The notes beneath the pieces were generated by a model. That model did not search any database, was not told where the DNA came from, and saw nothing but the letters and a program-made list of their open reading frames with translations. DNA of 32,000 bases from assembly GCA_000025185.1 (NCBI GenBank), contig CP001848.1, forward strand, positions 3,360,001-3,392,000, given 5' to 3'. The position numbers and the translations under genes are program-made. Position 1 is the first letter of the stretch. Every line of letters starts with the position of its first letter. Origin of the DNA: Pirellula staleyi DSM 6068 (GTDB taxonomy: Bacteria; Planctomycetota; Planctomycetia; Pirellulales; Pirellulaceae). This document shows positions 26,431 to 32,000 of this stretch, one piece after another.

Positions 26431-26844
26431 CAGCTTGTTGTTGGTAGCCACTTTTTGGTTGCATTTCGGCAAGCCACAGGCGATCATCACGGGCATTGCT
26501 CACCAGCCTTCCTTCAACCGCACGCTTCGCCTAACGAAACTGTCCGTAGAACACGATAGGTTGCAGGTCCTTCTCCCACCTTGTGCCATCTCGAAGTCGT
26601 CCGCGATTTCTGTTCTTTCTGGCTTCGCTCTCGCATAGCAGCGCTCGACAGGATTTGGTAAGTTGCCAGCTCTAGTGGATCTTTCGTAGAAGCTCAGTTC
26701 AGACTCTTTGTAGCCTTATGGGTTGCGGGTGCGGACGCTTCGAGCGATCGATTCCAGAAGCCTCGATCAGATAGACAAGTTGGTTGCTCGGGCAGGTAGG
26801 CCTTCGAGCGAGAACCGCAAGACCTTTCCCGGACGGATTACCTT

Positions 26845-28230
26845 ATGTGGCAGAAATTCAGGGCGATTTTCACTATCCCCGAACTGCGGCAGAAGATCAT
26901 CTTCACTGCCATTCTTCTCGGCGTGTTCCGCATTGGTTATCACATTCCACTCCCTGTGGTGAACCAGGCTCAGTTGGCTGCCAACATGGACAGCCAATCG
27001 AATGAACTTGCGAAGTTCTTCACCAATGTGGCTGTGTTCAGCGCGGCCGACCTGAAGCAAGTGACGATCTTTGGTCTCGGCATTATGCCGTACATCTCAG
27101 CCTCGATCATTTTGCAGCTCCTCGGAAGTGTTTGGAAGCCGCTCGAAGACCTTCGTAAGGAAGGGGAAACGGGGCGGAAGAAAATCAACGAATACACCCG
27201 CTATCTCACGGTGGCGATGTGTGTGGTCCAGAGCATGATGTTCCTTGGGACCATGCTATCTAGTGGTGATGGTCAAGCCTCGACGATTCACCCTGACTTT
27301 TTGTCAGGTAATTCGCTTCACTGGTCGTGGTATATCACCTGCATTCTCACCATGACCTGCGGCACGATGTTCGTGATGTGGATTGGTGAGCAGATCGACG
27401 AGTTCGGTATCGGCAATGGTATCAGCTTGCTCATCATGGCAGGCATTTTGGCCCAGATGCCAGTGGCACTTATCGACTTTACGACCAACATGAAGTGGTC
27501 GCTAACCGCATTCAGCGAAGTTGGTATTGAGCACATCGTCGTTCTGGCGATTCTGTTTGTGGCGGTGGTTTTTGGAGTGGTGTTTATCACCTTAGGACAG
27601 CGTCAGATCCCAACACAAAGCGCTAAGCATGTGCGTGGTCGTCGCCAGTTCGGTGGTGGTCGTCAGTACCTGCCACTCCGGCTGAATCAGTCGGGTGTGA
27701 TGCCGATCATCTTCGCCAGCAGCTTGCTGATGCTTCCCGCGTTCATCTTTGGTTTGATCGCCAGCTCGTTCGCCGGTTCGGAAAGCGATAGTGGACAGAC
27801 CACTGCCAAGTTCTTTTACGAACTGCAGGGGATGTTTGCCAGCGGAACGAGCTTCACCTACATCGTTTGCTACGTGATTCTGATCTACTTCTTCAGCTAC
27901 TTTTGGACCGCTATTACCTTCAACCCGAAGGAAATGGCTGACAACCTGAAAGACTTTGGAACGTTCATCCCCGGCTATCGTCCAGGTCGCCGAACTGCCG
28001 AGCATCTCGAAAAAGTGATGGTTCGCATCACTTATGTGGGTGCGGCATTTTTGTCGCTCGTGGCCATTGTTCCTACGTTTGTTTCGAGTGCTTTGAACGT
28101 GGCCCCGAACGTAGCGAGCTTTTACGGTGGAACTGGTCTTTTGATTGCTGTTTCGGTTGCTTTCGATCTGATTCAGAAGATCGACAGCCACTTGGTGATG
28201 CGAGACTATCGCGGACTCCTGGAACCTTAA
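26845..28230 (+). CDS. secY: Preprotein translocase subunit SecY
   Basis: 461 aa, multi-TM. IPELRQKIIFT, FGLGIMPYISASIILQLL, position after rplO. Confidence 0.96.
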   Translation: MWQKFRAIFTIPELRQKIIFTAILLGVFRIGYHIPLPVVNQAQLAANMDSQSNELAKFFTNVAVFSAADLKQVTIFGLGIMPYISASIILQLLGSVWKPLEDLRKEGETGRKKINEYTRYLTVAMCVVQSMMFLGTMLSSGDGQASTIHPDFLSGNSLHWSWYITCILTMTCGTMFVMWIGEQIDEFGIGNGISLLIMAGILAQMPVALIDFTTNMKWSLTAFSEVGIEHIVVLAILFVAVVFGVVFITLGQRQIPTQSAKHVRGRRQFGGGRQYLPLRLNQSGVMPIIFASSLLMLPAFIFGLIASSFAGSESDSGQTTAKFFYELQGMFASGTSFTYIVCYVILIYFFSYFWTAITFNPKEMADNLKDFGTFIPGYRPGRRTAEHLEKVMVRITYVGAAFLSLVAIVPTFVSSALNVAPNVASFYGGTGLLIAVSVAFDLIQKIDSHLVMRDYRGLLEP

Positions 28231-28311
28231 TCCTGACGCTTCTTCGGAGGCGGATTACTCGAAGTGGAAGGCCTCGCGGGGCGGATCGGCGGGGAATCTG
28301 GCGAGGCTGGC

Positions 28312-28902
28312 ATGCTGATAGTTTTCATCGGTCCTCCGGGTGCGGGGAAAGGTACTCAGTCCAAGCGACTGCTCGAGTACCTCGGCATCCCCCACCTTTC
28401 GACCGGCGAACTCTTGCGAGCCGCCAAGAGTCAGCAAACACCACTGGGTCTGCTGGCCGCCCAATATGTCGATCGCGGGCAACTTGCCCCTGATCCTTTG
28501 GTTCTGAGCCTGGTGGGGGAGTGCCTCGACCAGCCTGAGTTCGCGAAGGGGTGTTTGTTCGACGGTTTTCCTCGCACGCTGCAGCAGGCACGTTCGCTCG
28601 ACGTCACGCTCGAGGGTCGCAAGACCCCACTCGATATGGTGATTGAGCTGGCTGCTGATGAGGCGGAGTTGGTCGGACGTATGCTTCGCCGAGCAGCCGC
28701 TGAAAAGCGTGCTGACGACAATCCGCAAACGATCACACAGCGAATGGAAGTCTATAAACGGCAAACCTTTCCGCTGCTCGACTATTATCGAAAACAGGGC
28801 CTGTTGGTGTCGATCGACGCTTTAGGGACCGCCGACGAGGTGTTTGCCAAGATCAAGGCAGAGGTTGATCGCTGCCGGGAGCATCCTGTCGTACGAAGTT
28901 AA
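28312..28902 (+). CDS. adk: Adenylate kinase (short-LID type)
   Basis: Start at the ATG at 28312 (MLIVFIGPPGAGKGTQ). LFDGFPRT. No Cys4/long LID insertion. Confidence 0.93.
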   Translation: MLIVFIGPPGAGKGTQSKRLLEYLGIPHLSTGELLRAAKSQQTPLGLLAAQYVDRGQLAPDPLVLSLVGECLDQPEFAKGCLFDGFPRTLQQARSLDVTLEGRKTPLDMVIELAADEAELVGRMLRRAAAEKRADDNPQTITQRMEVYKRQTFPLLDYYRKQGLLVSIDALGTADEVFAKIKAEVDRCREHPVVRS

Positions 28903-29055
28903 GTGCTTTCACTGCCAAGCTGGCGATTCTGTAAGCTAGCGAGCCTGCGAGGGTTAGTTTGGTGTTGAAAGGGTGGATTTCGTTGTCTGGGTTCGAAGTC
29001 AAGTCGAACTGATGGCGAAAGACTCGAAAACATGAAAATTCCTCGCCGCCGCCCC

Positions 29056-29085
29056 TTGTGAGCAGTAGGCGAGTAGGGCTATACT
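29056..29085 (+). promoter_or_regulatory. Candidate internal promoter upstream of rpmJ
   Basis: TTGTGA (29056..29061), an 18-nt spacer, then TATACT (29080..29085). This is about 40 nt upstream of the rpmJ ATG. Confidence 0.35.
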
Positions 29086-29124
29086 TTCTCGCTTTCCTCT
29101 AGCGCAAGCATGTGTGGTGGTGAT

Positions 29125-29238
29125 ATGAAGGTTCGAACCAGCGTGAAAAAGATTTGCGAGAACTGCAAGATCGTTCGTCGCAAAGGTCGGGTTTATGTCG
29201 TGTGCAGCAATGCTCGCCACAAGCAGCGCCAGGGCTAG
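29125..29238 (+). CDS. rpmJ: 50S ribosomal protein L36 (zinc-binding form)
   Basis: Hand-translated; too short for the ORF track. [37 protein letters not shown] with stop TAG at 29236..29238. Confidence 0.93.
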   Translation: MKVRTSVKKICENCKIVRRKGRVYVVCSNARHKQRQG

Positions 29239-29444
29239 CAGTTACGCTGCCTAGCTAACTTGCTTGGGCACGAAACTGAGCGAGCCTTGTCAAAGCTTGT
29301 CTTGATTTAGTTCGAGAGAGCAGCACGGCTCAAATCGCGATTTTATCCCTACTGCATCGCTGGACCTGTTGTCCGCGGCAGTTTGAATCAGAAACTAATA
29401 GACAAAATAGCCGGTGTGAGTTTTCGGTACTGGAGCATTGGGTT

Positions 29445-29828
29445 ATGCCTCGTTTGCTAGGTGTGGACATTCCGAACGATAAGCCCACGGTCATCTCGCT
29501 GGGGTATCTGTACGGTGTTGGCGATCATGTGGCCCGCGAACTTTGCCAAAAAGCTGGCATCGACACGGAAAAGCGTGCTCGTGACCTTTCGGAAGAAGAG
29601 TTGGCCCGCCTGGCCACGTTGCTCGAGCGCGACTACACGGTGGAAGGTCCTCTCCGTCGTCTCGTCCAGCAGAACATCAATCGCCTCCGCGACATCAAGT
29701 GCTACCGCGGTATTCGTCACCGCCTGGGCCTTCCTGTTCGCGGTCAACGTACCAAGACAAACGCACGCACCCGTAAAGGTCCTAAGAAGACCGTTGCTGG
29801 TAAGAAGGGTGTGAAGGACATGCGTTAG
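29445..29828 (+). CDS. rpsM: 30S ribosomal protein S13
   Basis: LGVDIPNDK...CYRGIRHRLGLPVRGQRTKTNARTRKG. Confidence 0.96.
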   Translation: MPRLLGVDIPNDKPTVISLGYLYGVGDHVARELCQKAGIDTEKRARDLSEEELARLATLLERDYTVEGPLRRLVQQNINRLRDIKCYRGIRHRLGLPVRGQRTKTNARTRKGPKKTVAGKKGVKDMR

Positions 29829-30011
29829 TTGGCCTTCGTGGTGGTATCGCTTCCTTGCGAAGTTGATTATCTGCCACAAGACCACATGCCATGTCGTCAA
29901 CGATCAATCCGGTGTCGCCTCGAGAGTGACACTGCGAGCTTAAGAATCACTTGTGAATCATTTCTGCTTCTCTCGAGCAGACCAAACTTGTTGACCTAAG
30001 GGTGAGAAGTC

Positions 30012-30392
30012 GTGTCGAAAGTTAAGAAGAAGAAAATTCGTCGCAATGTGACGGTCGCCATCGCTCACGTGAAAGCGACCTTCAACAACACGACCGTTAC
30101 TGTCACCGACACCAAGGGTGACACGCTTTGTTGGGCTAGCGCTGGCACCTGTGGCTTCAAAGGAAGCCGCAAGAGCACCCCGTTTGCCGGACAGTGCGCT
30201 GGTCAGCAAGCTGCCGAGAAGGCTTCGAAATATGGTGTGAAGGAACTGGAAGTTCGCGTGAAAGGTCCCGGTTCGGGCCGCGAAAGTGCAATCACCGCAT
30301 TGCAGACCGCTGGCATGACCGTCAAGACGATTGAAGATTGCACGCCGATCCCACACAACGGCTGCCGTCCTCCGAAGCGTCGCCGCGTGTGA
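30012..30392 (+). CDS. rpsK: 30S ribosomal protein S11
   Basis: GTG start. [16 protein letters not shown]...[12 protein letters not shown]...[16 protein letters not shown]. Confidence 0.96.
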   Translation: MSKVKKKKIRRNVTVAIAHVKATFNNTTVTVTDTKGDTLCWASAGTCGFKGSRKSTPFAGQCAGQQAAEKASKYGVKELEVRVKGPGSGRESAITALQTAGMTVKTIEDCTPIPHNGCRPPKRRRV

Positions 30393-30520
30393 TCTGGCGT
30401 TGTCTATGCTCGTCTGCTGAGTACCTCACAGAGTGTCTCGCAGTCGCTAGGCAACCTAAGCTCGCAACAGACCGTTCCCCCTGACGTATTTTTCGATTTG
30501 GTTCCTCGGGAGAGATTGCA

Positions 30521-31513
30521 ATGCATATTCGCTGGCGGGGATTCGAACTTCCCAGCATCGTCAACTGCGATGCCACCACACTCACTTCGACCTACGGCAA
30601 ATTCGTTGCCGAACCGTTCGAGCGTGGCTTCGGCACCACAATTGGCAATAGCTTGCGTCGAATCCTGCTGTCGAGCCTCGAAGGTTCCGCTATTACGCAG
30701 ATCAAGATTCGTGGCGCTCAGCACGAGTTCACCACCATCCCCGGTGTTCTCGAAGATGTCACCGACATCGTGCTCAACGTCAAGTCGCTGGTGGTGAAGA
30801 ATCACAGCGAATCGACCCGTGTGATCACCGTCGAAAAGAACACCACCGGTTTGATTACAGGTGCCGATGTTCAAGTTGATAGCGACGTTGAAATCATCAA
30901 CAAGAACCACGTTCTGGCGACCCTGACCGACAACGTTCCATTCATGATGGAAATGGTTGTTGAAAATGGTCGTGGTTATATTCCAGCAACCGAGCATAGC
31001 ACCGGCGATCACGAAATCGGCATCATTCCCATTGATGCCGTGTTCAGCCCGATCACCCGTGTTCGCTATGAAGTGGAAGAAACCCGCGTGGGTCAAAAGA
31101 CGAACTACGATCGCCTGACGCTTGAGATCTGGACCAATGGTTCGATCCATCCTGAAATGGCGCTCGTCGAATCGGCCAAGATTCTCCGCAAGCATCTCAA
31201 TCCGTTCGTGCAGTACTCTGAACTCGGCCCACGCGTGCATGCCCCATCTCGTGGTGGCAGCCCTGTGGTCGACGGTGCTCTCGACGGCAAGCTTGCCATG
31301 AGCTTGGCTGAATTGAAGCTGTCGGTTCGAGCCATGAACTGCCTCGAATCGGAAAACATCCACACCGTTCGCGACTTGGTGCAGAAGACAGAAGATCAAC
31401 TGCTTGAAGTTCGCAACTTCGGCGAGACTACACTCAACGAAGTCAAAGACAAATTGCACGACCTGGGTATGTACTTGGGAATGCGAGTTCCGCCAGCTTC
31501 GATGGCTCGCTAG
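30521..31513 (+). CDS. rpoA: DNA-directed RNA polymerase subunit alpha
   Basis: [35 protein letters not shown]-terminal domain [21 protein letters not shown]...[15 protein letters not shown]. Confidence 0.96.
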   Translation: MHIRWRGFELPSIVNCDATTLTSTYGKFVAEPFERGFGTTIGNSLRRILLSSLEGSAITQIKIRGAQHEFTTIPGVLEDVTDIVLNVKSLVVKNHSESTRVITVEKNTTGLITGADVQVDSDVEIINKNHVLATLTDNVPFMMEMVVENGRGYIPATEHSTGDHEIGIIPIDAVFSPITRVRYEVEETRVGQKTNYDRLTLEIWTNGSIHPEMALVESAKILRKHLNPFVQYSELGPRVHAPSRGGSPVVDGALDGKLAMSLAELKLSVRAMNCLESENIHTVRDLVQKTEDQLLEVRNFGETTLNEVKDKLHDLGMYLGMRVPPASMAR

Positions 31514-31573
31514 TCATCGATGATGCCTGATTTTGGAACTCAGATCCTCAGCCGCCCACTTTTTTGATATTTG

Positions 31574-32000
31574 CGAGTTTGCCATGCGTCACCGTCGTAA
31601 AGGCCGCGTCCTCGGCCGTAGCCCAAGTCACCGCAAAGCTTTGCTGAAGAATCTCGCTGCGGCGCTGGTTCTCACTGAACGCGACGCCGAGGGAGAAGAG
31701 AATGCTCCTAAGGTGAAGGGACGCATCGTTACCACGCTGCATAAGGCGAAAGAAGTTCGCCCGCTCGTCGAACGTTGCATCACCATTGCTCGTCGTTCGC
31801 TCAAGCACATTGAAGCTGCCAAAAAGCTCGGCACCGAAGCCAAGCGTGGCACCGAAGCTTGGAATCAGTGGCGAAAGAGCCCGCAGTGGCGCGATTGGGC
31901 CAAGGCAGTTGCACCAGCTGTTGCTGCTCGCCGCCAAGCGATTCGTATGCTTGGTGACAAGACGGCCGTTCGCATTCTATTCAACGACCTCGGCCCTCGC
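31574..32000 (+). CDS. rplQ: 50S ribosomal protein L17, 3' end cut by window edge
   Basis: Hand-translated; absent from the ORF track because no stop lies within the window. MRHRRKGRVLGRSPSHRKALLKNLAAALVLTER...TTLHKAKEVRPLVERCITIA. Confidence 0.9.

Noticed and set aside
26414-26638. 74-codon GTG-initiated ORF in the rplO-secY spacer
   Set aside because: It has no SD and no recognisable motif, and its start sits inside the hairpin at 26405..26430. It is kept only as something to test by Ribo-seq.
29130-29139. GGTTCGAACC, a tRNA T-arm-like sequence
   Set aside because: It lies inside the rpmJ coding sequence (codons for VRT). The flanks cannot form acceptor, D or anticodon arms. Other TTCGAA occurrences (for example 9078, 17056, 19387) also fail cloverleaf checks.
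30404-31459. 351-aa ORF on the minus strand opposite rpoA
   Set aside because: The plus-strand frame encodes a full-length, highly conserved RpoA. The antisense translation has no signal, motif or ribosome-binding site.
1-32000. Mobile elements, CRISPR arrays, rRNA/tRNA genes, prophage or classic defence-system genes
   Set aside because: I found no transposase, integrase or recombinase-like ORF. I found no regularly spaced direct repeats with unique spacers and no rRNA- or tRNA-like sequence. The only repeated short element is the TGCTAGCA motif, reported separately.

Overview
Working only by eye from the sequence and ORF track (no searches run), this window looks like a Planctomycetota (Pirellulales-like) chromosome segment of moderate-to-high GC; that taxonomic call is an inference from protein styles. 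The right part (about 15.9-32 kb, + strand) is the S10-spc-alpha ribosomal protein cluster: rpsJ-rplCDWB-rpsS-rplV-rpsC-rplP-rpmC-rpsQ-rplNXE-rpsN(Z)-rpsH-rplFR-rpsE-rplO-secY-adk-rpmJ-rpsM-rpsK-rpoA-rplQ. It has no rpmD, map, infA or rpsD, and several spacers are unusually long. Two genes missing from the ORF track were found by hand: rpmJ (29125..29238) and a 3'-truncated rplQ (31574..32000). Just upstream lie housekeeping genes: phoU, a PhoB/OmpR-type response regulator, ribE and rsmA. The left part (0.5-12 kb) is the accessory-looking region. It holds a His-rich secreted protein and a BON-domain protein. It also holds a minus-strand cluster of a small 3-TM protein plus two paralogous giant secreted modular proteins (968 aa with a triplicated beta-sandwich-like module; about 738 aa with one copy plus a tandem C-terminal pair of small domains). 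On the plus strand follow a SUFU-like gene, two tandem small paralogous proteins of unknown family, and a secreted esterase. A recurring intergenic motif with a palindromic core, ATCACAAWCTGCTAGC(A), occurs six times. Four copies sit in alternating orientation in the divergent promoter region at 9182..9309. The best candidates for something undescribed are this motif, the paralog cluster and the SUFU/small-protein island. No rRNA, tRNA, CRISPR array, transposase or integrase was seen.
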